Shown here piece after piece: positions 1 to 9,141 of a stretch of DNA of 64,000 bases. Source of the stretch: Candidatus Brocadiia bacterium (lineage in GTDB: Bacteria; Planctomycetota; Brocadiia; SM23-32); the NCBI GenBank assembly GCA_046538485.1, contig JBKHIT010000002.1, positions 1-64,000 of the forward strand, in the 5' to 3' direction. A model generated the notes under the pieces. It saw nothing but the letters and a program-made list of their open reading frames with translations, had not been told where the DNA came from and searched no databases. Numbering within the stretch: the first letter of the stretch is position 1; every line of letters begins with the position of its first letter. The position numbers and the translations under genes are program-made.

Positions 1-33
1 CCTAATACAGGTTAAAAAGTAACTGTTCGAGAT
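1..33 (+). other. Candidate integron attI / upstream cassette recombination point
   Basis: GTTCGAGAT at 25-33 is the exact reverse complement of ATCTCGAAC at 504-512, which is the inverse core of the downstream attC. Bases 1-24 are AT-rich and do not resemble the end of an attC arm. Confidence 0.45.
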
Positions 34-38
34 AAGAG

Positions 39-620
39 ATGAAGAAACCATGGATAGCAATCGTTGTCGTTGTGGCGGGCCTGCTCTTTGCCCCGCTCGT
101 TGTGCCGATCTTCATTCCTTGGTCCGGCATCAACTGTCGGCATCAGGACATAAATATCAAGACGGGGCAGGCCCGTTACTCCCGTAGCCTGTGGTTCGTA
201 AAGGTGTCCGAGCGAATCGAAGATACCCCATTGTCGCTTGCGCTACAGGGAGACACTGTCGATGTTGCAGACATCAAGGCGTGGCACCGCGTCAACACGT
301 TCTCTCCGGGTGTCCACCATTCTCCTCATTACATATTTCACAGCGCTTTGCACCAAGCACATCAGATGGAAATGCTTGAGTCCCTTCATGAACTCACGCC
401 GGAACGTAAGAAGGATATTGCCAAGTCAATCTTGACTTTTTGGCAGCAGTCGGGACGCGACAGCGGAGCAGACGAGTTGATTAACAAACTGATGGAAGAA
501 GGAATCTCGAACAAGCCGGATGCAGGCGACGGCTTACAGCCGCGCGTGATCCGCAACGTTCGGCTCGGAGATGATGATGACGGAACGGCTACTCGAATCG
601 CCATTGCGCGCCACGGATGA
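39..620 (+). CDS. Integron cassette ORF, membrane-anchored hypothetical protein
   Basis: ATG lies just downstream of the GTT core site. The N-terminus is hydrophobic (WIAIVVVVAGLLFAPLVVPIFIPW). The C-terminus reads into and through the attC (NKPDAGDG). Confidence 0.7.
   Translation: MKKPWIAIVVVVAGLLFAPLVVPIFIPWSGINCRHQDINIKTGQARYSRSLWFVKVSERIEDTPLSLALQGDTVDVADIKAWHRVNTFSPGVHHSPHYIFHSALHQAHQMEMLESLHELTPERKKDIAKSILTFWQQSGRDSGADELINKLMEEGISNKPDAGDGLQPRVIRNVRLGDDDDGTATRIAIARHG
506..564 (+). mobile_element. attC site (59-base element)
   Basis: R'' CTCGAAC at 506-512 and R' GTTCGGC at 558-564. Imperfect hairpin CGGAT/ATCCG, CA/TG, GCG/CGC, CGGCT/AGCCG with single bulged bases at 522 and 529. Length is 59 bp. 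Confidence 0.8.
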
Positions 621-774
621 AGCCGGGGTCGCGCAAGTTGACGGTCTCCTCCACGAGGAGACATTCGATCTCGACGGGATCAAGCACGACGTGGTTGCGC
701 AGACGATCACGATTCCCGTGCGCCGACAGTTTCATGGCGGTCCTGATCCTCACACTTGTGCTCTTTGCTCCTGA
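571..774 (+). pseudogene. Probable truncated second cassette ORF
   Basis: GGAG ribosome binding site and ATG immediately follow the attC R' site. The ORF is 67 aa, and I found no matching GCCGAAC inverse core or second attC downstream. Confidence 0.45.
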
Positions 775-1039
775 ATTTCGATCGCGCCAGTAAAGCGTAA
801 GCGTCCGCGGTATCCTGAAGCATAGTTGGAGCTATAGTCTCAAAGGCCTTCACCCAGGCATATGAATTCCGGGGACAGTATATGGTTTTTGTCATTCCTC
901 GCTCTTACGCGGGCGACCGGGCTCCCCGGGACGCAATCGGGGGGCCCGTCTTTTCTTCGAGTCTATCGACAAAACCCTCGCTCCCCAAGGAGCGACCCGA
1001 GCCGGCCGCCCCCGCCTTGCCATCCCGCAGGATGCTCGG

Positions 1040-1594
1040 TCACCGGTAAACCTCCGCCCCGGGAAGCGCCCCCTTGAGTTCCCGCACGCCTTCTGGGGTA
1101 ATGGTTACCGGAACGTGAAGTTCCTCCAGGTTCTTCATCCCCTTCAGGTGTGCGAGTCCGGCATCGGTGATGTTCGTCCAGTCGAGGTCAAGCACCCGCA
1201 AATTCTTGAGGCCCGTCAGGTGGGCGAGGTGGCCGTCAGCGGTACCGTACGAAAGGTGGAGTTCGGGGATGTCGGCGCGGCGGACCTCCTCGGCGAGGGC
1301 CTCCCAGTCCAGCGTCCGGGCAGCATCCACGGGCCGGACCCACCAGAGGGCGCAGCGGGGGATGCGAAGAGGCTCGTCCGCGGGCGTTACGCCTACATAT
1401 TTCCGCTCCTCCACTCCGTCCTCCTCCACGGTCGCATACACCCGGAGGCGGAGCTTGGAGTTGAAGGTCCCGGCTTCGTAGACCTGCTCGCCTCTCCCGG
1501 AATCAGCTCCGGAGCTGCCTTCGTCAGAGCCATCTTCCGAGTCACGGTCGTTGGGCCCCCCGCGACACCACGGCACGGTTATCGGGCTTCGCAC
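1040..1594 (-). CDS. Leucine-rich repeat protein (possibly an N-terminally truncated fragment)
   Basis: LRR units LAHLTGLKNLRVLDLDWTNITDAGLAHLKGMKNLEEL and C-cap ITPEGVRELKGALP. The start is uncertain and a repeat cluster lies just upstream. Confidence 0.7.
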   Translation of the reverse strand: MRSPITVPWCRGGPNDRDSEDGSDEGSSGADSGRGEQVYEAGTFNSKLRLRVYATVEEDGVEERKYVGVTPADEPLRIPRCALWWVRPVDAARTLDWEALAEEVRRADIPELHLSYGTADGHLAHLTGLKNLRVLDLDWTNITDAGLAHLKGMKNLEELHVPVTITPEGVRELKGALPGAEVYR

Positions 1595-1632
1595 TCGCAG
1601 TCACGGCTACTGAATTCAAATGCGAAATGTTC

Positions 1633-1816
1633 GTTAATCCGCTGCCTCCACCGGCGGGGGCCCGTTGGTTTATGGACCGCGTTCTGAACTCCAGCCTCCG
1701 GCTGAAGTCCAGTCCGCTCGCGGGGACAAACGTTCGGAAATGCGAGGTAGCTGCGGGTCCGCATCGCCGAGGCGGACCTGCCGTTGGTCGTTCTGCTGTT
1801 TTGCTGCGAGACCTGC
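1633..1816 (+). repeat. REP-like modular repeat, family 1, copy 1 (modules A then B)
   Basis: Hairpin A CTGAACTCCAGCC-TCC-GGCTGAAGTCCAG at 1684-1712 and hairpin B GGTCCGC...GCGGACC at 1756-1778. Homologous to copies at 9142, 13808 and 21623. Confidence 0.85.
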
Positions 1817-1900
1817 CGGAGGACTGCGTTTTTATCATCGCACCGGAATGTTCGCGACGCTGGAGGGCTTACTGCAGAATCATTCTTATACGGCAAGGTT

Positions 1901-2066
1901 TAGGCTCTGTCTGAAAATACGGATCTGGATTCGAGCGGCTGCATTTCCGGCTGGCTTTGTCCGCCTGTATCGGCTTATCTCCACTGGATAGGCCTGCTTC
2001 GGCGTCCGCGCCATCCGCAAATTCGCTCGCTCTCGGTCCGACGACCGCATTCTCAGACAGAGCCTA
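1901..2066. mobile_element. MITE, family 2, complete copy
   Basis: Perfect terminal inverted repeats TAGGCTCTGTCTGA (1901-1914) and TCAGACAGAGCCTA (2053-2066), no coding capacity, and a related partial copy at 52209. Confidence 0.8.
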
Positions 2067-2118
2067 GCGCGCCGTTAATTTAGCCCGGATTTTGTATCCA
2101 CACGCCCTGCGCCGTTTT

Positions 2119-2151
2119 ATATAGCCTGCATCCGTAAGATGCAGGCTATAT
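2119..2151. terminator. Hairpin overlapping the stop codon of the GH99-like gene
   Basis: ATATAGCCTGCATC-CGTAA-GATGCAGGCTATAT is a perfect inverted repeat. Confidence 0.55.
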
Positions 2152-3288
2152 ATCCTCATTCTCGCAGGCGCCGAAAACATTTCTCACCGCTTCCAGATAA
2201 CCGTAGCCAAACTCACGGTCGGGAAGCAGATAGCTGTCTTCGGTCCACTCATTCCATGAATTGATCAGGACGAGTTTCGGATCAAGGTCACGCTGATCTA
2301 TCACCGCCCGGGCGGCTTTCAGGTTCTCTTCGAACACCTCCGGGTTGCGTTCAACCACATAGCCTTCCTTCAATTCTGGGAATCGAGCATTATTATCCCA
2401 TCCCACGCTCACCGATGGAAAAAACGGGATGTCATACCGTTCCGCTGCCATTCGCTCACCGGCCCGTGCACGCTCTGACCAATCGGCGTAGGTCCCTTCC
2501 GGCGCCGCCATGGACACCCACTGATAGTTCGTCATACTCGCAAACGGGAGCGTGGAGTGCAGATCGTCTTCGGGCTCCATGTCGGAAGGTTCGCTGGCCC
2601 TTTCTTCGCCTTTCAGCCCCATCGTGTCACCCAACCGCCCCCCGGTAAAAATCGCCTGTAGGTGCACGCCGCGAAGACCGGCGGCGCGGCACTGTTCATT
2701 GAGCCATTGCAGCGCGTCTCGGGTGGCGTCGACTCCGCCCAGTCCATCGACCATTGTTTGTGGTCGAAAAATGGACAGCAGAGGTTTGCCTTCGATGCAG
2801 TAGTAGCACGGATGTGTGAAGTAGCGATCGATCCAGCGTCGGCCTATGATCTCGAATTCCTCCCGATCCCATGCGGCGTTCCAGATGACGCCACCGGGTT
2901 CTTGCTGCCGCCGGTCCCACAGATGCGTTACGTTGTGATTGGCCCACATCAGGAAAAATTTCATGCGGTGATTGTTGCGCGCCTGCAGGAACCCCTCGTT
3001 CAGACATGCTTCCAGAAATGGTGCGCGATCATACCAGTACCAGTCGTAGGCGAAAACGTTCACGCCATGATCGGCCGCGGCGTCGATCTGCATTTCCATC
3101 ACGCGTGGATCCGCCTCATTCTGATACCCCCACAGCGGACGTCTGGGCTGCTTATGACCGGGAAACTTCGGTTTGGAGGTCCGAACGTTGATCCACTCGC
3201 CCTCATGCCCCGGCCAGAAGACGTGTGCGCGGGGTTCATCGTGATAGGATGGCCAAATGTAAGCTGCGACATCATACGCGGAAGTCAT
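2146..3288 (-). CDS. Glycoside hydrolase family 99-like / WbsX-like protein
   Basis: Motifs VAAYIWPSYH, P-LWGY, QIDAAADHGVNVFAYDWYW, SVGWDN and INSWNEWTEDSYLLPD. Start placed at the ATG at 3288, which has GGAG upstream. Confidence 0.85.
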   Translation of the reverse strand: MTSAYDVAAYIWPSYHDEPRAHVFWPGHEGEWINVRTSKPKFPGHKQPRRPLWGYQNEADPRVMEMQIDAAADHGVNVFAYDWYWYDRAPFLEACLNEGFLQARNNHRMKFFLMWANHNVTHLWDRRQQEPGGVIWNAAWDREEFEIIGRRWIDRYFTHPCYYCIEGKPLLSIFRPQTMVDGLGGVDATRDALQWLNEQCRAAGLRGVHLQAIFTGGRLGDTMGLKGEERASEPSDMEPEDDLHSTLPFASMTNYQWVSMAAPEGTYADWSERARAGERMAAERYDIPFFPSVSVGWDNNARFPELKEGYVVERNPEVFEENLKAARAVIDQRDLDPKLVLINSWNEWTEDSYLLPDREFGYGYLEAVRNVFGACENEDI

Positions 3289-3432
3289 ATAACTTGCTCC
3301 TGATAGTGGATGTAACCTGTGCACACATTTCTTTCGTCCAGGCAGGATGCATTATTACAACATTCCAGCCAGAATACGAACTGACCATCCCTCCTTCCCA
3401 TCCCGCCCCGCGATCCGGGGCGATGCAGAGGT

Positions 3433-3654
3433 TTGAGTTGCCCAGTCTATTTGTGTGAAATCGTGTGTCCGCATCGCGTTTTTACGGTCGAAGGTCAAGC
3501 GAATATCAGTGATCGGGACGCATGCATGGAGTGTGGCGCATGTGCCAGGGATTGTCCCGTGGACGCGATTGAGGTGGACTCAGAAGTTCGCGGGGTGTTT
3601 TCGGGTTCTAAGGGGGTCCGAGCCCTTTGCAAGGGCGGAAACCTTGCCCTATGA
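3433..3654 (+). pseudogene. 2x[4Fe-4S] ferredoxin remnant, HgcB-like
   Basis: LCEIVCPHRVF...DRDACMECGACARDCPVDAI. The first Cys motif is degenerate, there is no clear start, and the tail diverges after IEVDS. Confidence 0.6.
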
Positions 3655-3869
3655 TGGCGGGTGATCATGTCAGAACACAGCAGAGTCATATTGCCTGGAT
3701 ACACCTGATTGTTCCGCGGGAAAGGTCATTTGGACACGACATTATAAATGCCGGGATGTTTTGTGTCATGGCAATACGCAAACTCGAGCTTTTTTGGCCA
3801 TTGTGAGGCAGTATTCCCCGGCCGCCACGGCGTCTATTGACTTTTGTTCTCTCGTGACTGGAGATTGAG

Positions 3870-6800
3870 ATGAGAAATCAGCGGTTCTATTCCTTTGCCA
3901 CATGTCTACCAGGTCTTTTAATTGCGCTTGTTATTTCTTTGACCCTCGGTCATCCCACGCCGGCCGATGCCCAGGAGACCACCGTTACCATTGATAAAGC
4001 GGAAACGGCACAGATCAGTGGATTCCAATCGGGCTGGGACGAACCAATTCTTGACAATCTGAAATTCGACGCCGTTCACCGGCGGCTTCTGGTCCGGTTT
4101 CCCGACGCGGCAGAACAGATCTCACAAAAACTCGAACAGGGTCATTCGATCAAGAAAATGGAATTGTTGTTGCCTTTCCGGCGGACGGAAGTGTTTCCCG
4201 AAGGCTATAATCAGCGAGGCAGCTTCGGGGTTAAGAAAAAGTATCAGAAAGTTCGGCCAAACTGGCATGCTGTCGCCTGGGCCCTTCGACACCCGTGGAA
4301 GGCCGACAGAGATCTGGGTCCCACCTTCAATGCATGGATCAAAGATACCGCTTTCTGGAATGAAGCGGGAGCGGAAAGCGAAAAAAGTGATATTTTCCCG
4401 AAACGTTTTGGTCCGACGAGAGTTTCCATCTTTCAGGCAAAAAACCTTGATGATCCGATGGTCGGGCCGGAAGCCTTAGGAGCCGGGCCGAAATACGTGA
4501 TGCACGCCGACAAACAACCCGGTCACAAAGAAGCGATCATCGAGGATCCCAACGCAATTACCCCCGCACGCATGGACGTTACCGCCTCGGTTACCGATCG
4601 TTCCTTTGGCGATACTCTCGGGGAGCGTCTTCGTCGGCTGGCCGATTGTGGTTTTCTGCTCCGCAAATGGGAAACGTACGATTTTCGGTTTCGTCAGGCG
4701 GGATCATATCCGTGGGCTGCATCCACCGGTGGCCGGGCAATCGAGATCCATCCGCCTCGTTTGTCGGTAACGTTCAGCAAGGGCGATTCAGTTTCCGTGT
4801 CCGTTCCGCCGCCTGCGGACGTCACGTCAGTGGCTCAGAAACTGAAGGGGACGGAGAAAGCCGGATCACGTCCTCTTGAAATCCCCCCCGACAAGGAGAT
4901 TCAGCGACGGCTGGACAACCAGGGTTTCAAACGCCGGGAGTGGATGTCGGACTGGCAATGGGAACGCCTGAAGGAACTTCGTAGTTATCATGGCCGTTCC
5001 CTTCCACAATCTCCCGAGGAATATAAAAAATGGGTCAAAACCTTGCTGAGGGAACAACCCCGTTACTGGGCTGGCTGGGACAACGCCGAGCGACTGCTTG
5101 AATATTACCGGTATGAATCTACACTGCCGGACTACGTGAGTACCCACTACTTCTATAACTACTGGTCGGCCTGGCTCCAACCGGATACCCCAACCAGCGA
5201 ACTTGTACATCCCATGTCCAACGTGGGCAACAAATGGGGACAGCTGTTTCCGCTGAAGTATTACCGGAAAACGGGAGACTGGCAGGGGAATGCCAGTTTT
5301 TACCGCCGTGGATTTACCCACAACACAAGCACCATGAACTTCAACCATACCGCTTCGATGGGGGCCCTCCTGGGAGGAGCGATCATCGATTCCGAATACG
5401 CGATGGAAGACGGTCGGTATGGGCTGGAACATTATCCCATGCGGCAGTGGACCTGGCTGGACGGATCAACCCAGGAATCCATCGACCATTATTACTTTGC
5501 TCTGACCCTGGTCGCTCAGAAAATGTTTGCCGACTTCGGGCCGAAACACATTGATCGAATGATGGGCCGAAGCATCCTTGCAAAGTCGGTAGAAGAACTG
5601 GTTTCGGCCTACCATCCGCATCTTCGTCATTTCCTCGCTTCATCCACGCGAACAGGCACGCCGGATTATTTGCTTGCCACCCAGGACGGAACACAGCACG
5701 TCGTGCATACTCTGTCCCGTAAAGGTGCGCTGCACGATTTGAACAAGGGTAAAATCCCACATGGTATGAAGCGATTTGGCAATGATGTGAGTCCCGTGGA
5801 AGCACAGCAGATGACGATGGTTCGTCCGTGGGCGCCGAAATGGTTTGCCAATCTTGTGGACAAAAAGCCTCTTCCTTACAAAATGACCAACGCGTATACG
5901 GAATGGGGTCACCACAAGAACAATCCACTCTGGCGCCGTACCTATCTCGGGGAGCACTACGGACTGGCCAGCACGGACTTCACTGCCGGCACTGTGCAGA
6001 TTCTCGGACACTGGCGGCGAGACGGAAAGACAGTGCGAAAGGTCCAGCAACTCGGCACCATGGACGTGATTTACGGCATTAACACCAGTCATCTGGGGAA
6101 TCCGGGCGGGGGCTGGCGGCCCAAGCACGGTATGCAGGCTACACTGCATCACGAAAACAAAATGATTGTGGTCACCAGCCCGCAAGCAAAGCACCTCAAA
6201 AGAGGCAAAAAGGTGAGCGAACTGAAAAGCACCATTGCGTTCTATAATTACGAAAAGCCCGAGCCTTCATGGAAGATTTACGTCGATGAGGAGCCTGTTA
6301 ATTCTATCCCTGCCACCGCGAACACGGAACAGCTGATTACCATCCACGACGGAGAAAGTTACATCGGCATTATCCCTCTCCCGGCAACGGACCTTGGCGG
6401 GGGCGGTGTGCGTCTGCATCAGCCGGAACCGCAGACCAGCAAGAACACCCGTGTGGAAACGCAGGCAAGGCTGGCGATTGAAAGTTATAATCTCAAAACG
6501 GAGAAAGCCGAGAAAGTGGCGGACAGGTTGAAAGAGATGGACGCTGCTTATGGCGGCTGGATCATTGAATACGGGGACAGCACCGAGTACGAGGATTTCA
6601 ATGATTTTCAGAACCACATGAACAATGTGACCCTTGAGACCAGCTGGAACCCTGAGAACCACGTGATGGACGTAACATACGAGAGCGGGGATGATAAACT
6701 GGAGATGGGGGTGAATACGATGTACCACGGTGGACGAAGAGGAAACACCGCCCATCTGTTCAGGTACCGAAAAGTGAACGGCGAATGGCCTTACCTTGCA

Positions 6801-7298
6801 AAAAACCTCTCCCGCGATACCACTGTCACACAACAGGGCCGTGCCCCGGTGCTCAAGAAAAACGGGGCCACTTTACGCTCGGATAGGGGAACGATGGGGT
6901 ACCTGCAGACCGATCCAGTATCGGGGACGTTCGTGGGTTTTAACCCCCTTCCGGAGATGAGCTTCTTCCAGCTCCAGACGCCCGGGAAAGTCAAAATTCA
7001 GCCAGACGGCCGGGTGGGAATTACCCGGGTGATGGTTCGTCCTTCCGAAAACATCGTGCGTATTGATCACGCCCTCAAAGACAAGCAGAAAGAACGGGCC
7101 GATCGGGCAAATGCAATGTTCGTTTTCGGGATGGAAGAGGCACCAACCGTCGAGGTTAACGACCGTCCCCTGCCGTCGGATAAGCTTGAAGAGGTCCGAG
7201 TGGATGGTGAGAAAGCATGGGTGGTGCCACTGGAGGATCAGATCCCTGGAATAGATGAGCTGCGGCAACGGTTTGAAAAAGCCGACCAGGCGTTTTGA
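3870..7298 (+). CDS. Large secreted hypothetical protein (1142 aa)
   Basis: Long ORF with a GGAG ribosome binding site and a Sec signal peptide ending ADA-Q. Trp/Tyr/His-rich centre. No family confidently recognised. Confidence 0.85.
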   Translation: MRNQRFYSFATCLPGLLIALVISLTLGHPTPADAQETTVTIDKAETAQISGFQSGWDEPILDNLKFDAVHRRLLVRFPDAAEQISQKLEQGHSIKKMELLLPFRRTEVFPEGYNQRGSFGVKKKYQKVRPNWHAVAWALRHPWKADRDLGPTFNAWIKDTAFWNEAGAESEKSDIFPKRFGPTRVSIFQAKNLDDPMVGPEALGAGPKYVMHADKQPGHKEAIIEDPNAITPARMDVTASVTDRSFGDTLGERLRRLADCGFLLRKWETYDFRFRQAGSYPWAASTGGRAIEIHPPRLSVTFSKGDSVSVSVPPPADVTSVAQKLKGTEKAGSRPLEIPPDKEIQRRLDNQGFKRREWMSDWQWERLKELRSYHGRSLPQSPEEYKKWVKTLLREQPRYWAGWDNAERLLEYYRYESTLPDYVSTHYFYNYWSAWLQPDTPTSELVHPMSNVGNKWGQLFPLKYYRKTGDWQGNASFYRRGFTHNTSTMNFNHTASMGALLGGAIIDSEYAMEDGRYGLEHYPMRQWTWLDGSTQESIDHYYFALTLVAQKMFADFGPKHIDRMMGRSILAKSVEELVSAYHPHLRHFLASSTRTGTPDYLLATQDGTQHVVHTLSRKGALHDLNKGKIPHGMKRFGNDVSPVEAQQMTMVRPWAPKWFANLVDKKPLPYKMTNAYTEWGHHKNNPLWRRTYLGEHYGLASTDFTAGTVQILGHWRRDGKTVRKVQQLGTMDVIYGINTSHLGNPGGGWRPKHGMQATLHHENKMIVVTSPQAKHLKRGKKVSELKSTIAFYNYEKPEPSWKIYVDEEPVNSIPATANTEQLITIHDGESYIGIIPLPATDLGGGGVRLHQPEPQTSKNTRVETQARLAIESYNLKTEKAEKVADRLKEMDAAYGGWIIEYGDSTEYEDFNDFQNHMNNVTLETSWNPENHVMDVTYESGDDKLEMGVNTMYHGGRRGNTAHLFRYRKVNGEWPYLAKNLSRDTTVTQQGRAPVLKKNGATLRSDRGTMGYLQTDPVSGTFVGFNPLPEMSFFQLQTPGKVKIQPDGRVGITRVMVRPSENIVRIDHALKDKQKERADRANAMFVFGMEEAPTVEVNDRPLPSDKLEEVRVDGEKAWVVPLEDQIPGIDELRQRFEKADQAF

Positions 7299-7337
7299 CA
7301 TCTAATCTGCAAACATGAACAGGAGCGACGAGCTTAC

Positions 7338-8864
7338 TTGTTACACGAGCCTTATACCGCAAAATTGAAATCTGCATCTCTTCCCATCATGATGGACGAA
7401 GAAGCAGTCCCGACGTTGACCGATTTATTTTCAAAGGAGAACAAAGCAAAAATGGATTTCAGAGGACAGGCGGAGGAAAGAAATGAGGGAAAGTTGATTG
7501 AGGCTCACGGCCGAGTACCCTGGGAAAAATTGAGGAAACGAGCACAGGCGATCAATGACGACCCCTCGGAATGCGAGGAATTGATGGACCTTCTAACGGG
7601 AACGTACGCGGAACCAGATTATCTGCAGCTTCTCCACACTCTGGGAGCACTTGATCTGGCCCGGCCCGGAATGGAGGATTCCATTCAAAAGCAAGTAGGG
7701 CGGACGCTCCTGAATCTTCTTGTGGGCGCGGGGGCCCATGACGATAGCCTCATTGATCCCGATGTTACATTGGTTTGTGGCAAGATCGGGCCAGTTTTAT
7801 TGGAAGATGTTGTAACGACCATAGAAGGTCAGAATGTTCAACCGGACGAAAGTTATTCGTTGTGGATGCTCACCCGGCTGGCCGTTGAATCAAATGATCC
7901 GGAACTTCGGGATAAAACGGCTGCGCTCTGCGTGGGGGCGTTGGAAGGGGCGCTCGCGGAAGAATATGACTGTTTTTATGCCGTGCCGGCGGCGGGCACG
8001 CTGGCGGGCCTGGACCGGTCGCGGGCCCGGCCGCTCGTACAACAAGTATACGAATTTATTCCGATGGATGCGCCGGGGTACGTGGATCTGGAGAGTATTC
8101 TGAGATATATGGAGTCGGACCAGGCCGAGTGTTCCTGGGCCGTGCCGACAGATGTCCCGGTCGAGGAATGGTTGCCAGAATCAATGGAACGAGCCGACCT
8201 GGTTACGGGCGCCCTCGAGGATAAACCTGAAACTACAGAGGAGCTGGCGGATCACCTGGCACGTCGTTTTTATTATTCGCTCAGCGGAGCGAAGTTGGCG
8301 CGTCATATTCGCGAGGAAGCTCAGTTTATTATCCATTCGCTGATTCATGCTGCATGGGAACAGCTGCGGGTTTCGGTAGGAGAGATGACGGGTAGAGACG
8401 TTTGCGAAATCTTGCTGGAGATTTTTCCACGAAAGGTCACCGCCAGAGAGTTCACTTTTGAGCGAATTGTCCCCGTTCTCCGCGTGTTTTTTCCCTGGCT
8501 TGAACGTGAGAGTTACATAGAGAATGCCGCCCGCCTGGTTGAAGCGGTGGAAGAGAATTCCGATGTGGTGGTGGAGTACGGTATGGATCCGGGACGGTGG
8601 GGGATGGGGAAGACGGTGGGGATGATGGCACTGAAGGAGGGCGTCGACATGACCGATGAGCAGGAGAGGGAAGAGTTTATCGCCCGATTTAATGCGAGCC
8701 TGGGAACGGGAGGGACTGGAATTCCTGCACCACCCCCCACCCCTGGAGGAGCGGGAGCGCCCATGTTAAGTTCCAGTCGCGACGTCGGGCGTAACGATCC
8801 CTGTCCATGCGGCAGCGGGCGAAAATATAAGAAATGCTGTGGCCACCACTCCCGGGGGCGATAA
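7338..8864 (+). CDS. SEC-C motif domain protein
   Basis: C-terminal VGRNDPCPCGSGRKYKKCC after a Pro/Gly linker, with an acidic helical body. The true start is probably downstream (about 7389 or 7452). Confidence 0.85.
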   Translation: MLHEPYTAKLKSASLPIMMDEEAVPTLTDLFSKENKAKMDFRGQAEERNEGKLIEAHGRVPWEKLRKRAQAINDDPSECEELMDLLTGTYAEPDYLQLLHTLGALDLARPGMEDSIQKQVGRTLLNLLVGAGAHDDSLIDPDVTLVCGKIGPVLLEDVVTTIEGQNVQPDESYSLWMLTRLAVESNDPELRDKTAALCVGALEGALAEEYDCFYAVPAAGTLAGLDRSRARPLVQQVYEFIPMDAPGYVDLESILRYMESDQAECSWAVPTDVPVEEWLPESMERADLVTGALEDKPETTEELADHLARRFYYSLSGAKLARHIREEAQFIIHSLIHAAWEQLRVSVGEMTGRDVCEILLEIFPRKVTAREFTFERIVPVLRVFFPWLERESYIENAARLVEAVEENSDVVVEYGMDPGRWGMGKTVGMMALKEGVDMTDEQEREEFIARFNASLGTGGTGIPAPPPTPGGAGAPMLSSSRDVGRNDPCPCGSGRKYKKCCGHHSRGR

Positions 8865-8952
8865 GATTATGTATTTTGTGATGCATGTAGTGAACCTCTT
8901 CGCAGTGCCTGGCTTTGCTGGGTGAATGAAAAACGTGGCCATATGGTTTTGT

Positions 8953-9115
8953 TGTGCTTCAGACGGAATTGGACATTTCCTCTTCAGCAATTAGCATGTG
9001 TTTTTCCTGTGGGAGGAGAGTCCGTTATGGCAAAGCGAAGAAGGTTTTCTGGAAAGAGGAAAGTGGAGATCCTCCGGCGGCATCTGCTGCAGGACGAGAC
9101 AGTCTCCGCCGTTCT
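8953..9115 (+). mobile_element. IS3-family left end with truncated orfA
   Basis: TG-initiated IRL-like sequence TGTGCTTCAGACGGAATTGGACATTTCC, a GGAGGAG ribosome binding site, and an ATG at 9027 giving MAKRRRFSGKRKVEILRRHLLQDETVSAV (HTH_Tnp_1-like). It is cut off just before the repeat at 9142. Confidence 0.6.
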
Positions 9116-9141
9116 CCGTGGCCCCCGTGTAGGAATAAGCT

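Noticed and set aside
707..895. 62-aa minus-strand ORF next to the cassette array
   Set aside because: Short, with no motif, and it overlaps the truncated cassette ORF; it cannot be supported as a gene.
3433..3654. Functional mercury methylation locus
   Set aside because: No hgcA lies in the window and the ferredoxin is incomplete.
7338..8864. secA
   Set aside because: Only the SEC-C motif is shared; there are no helicase motifs.
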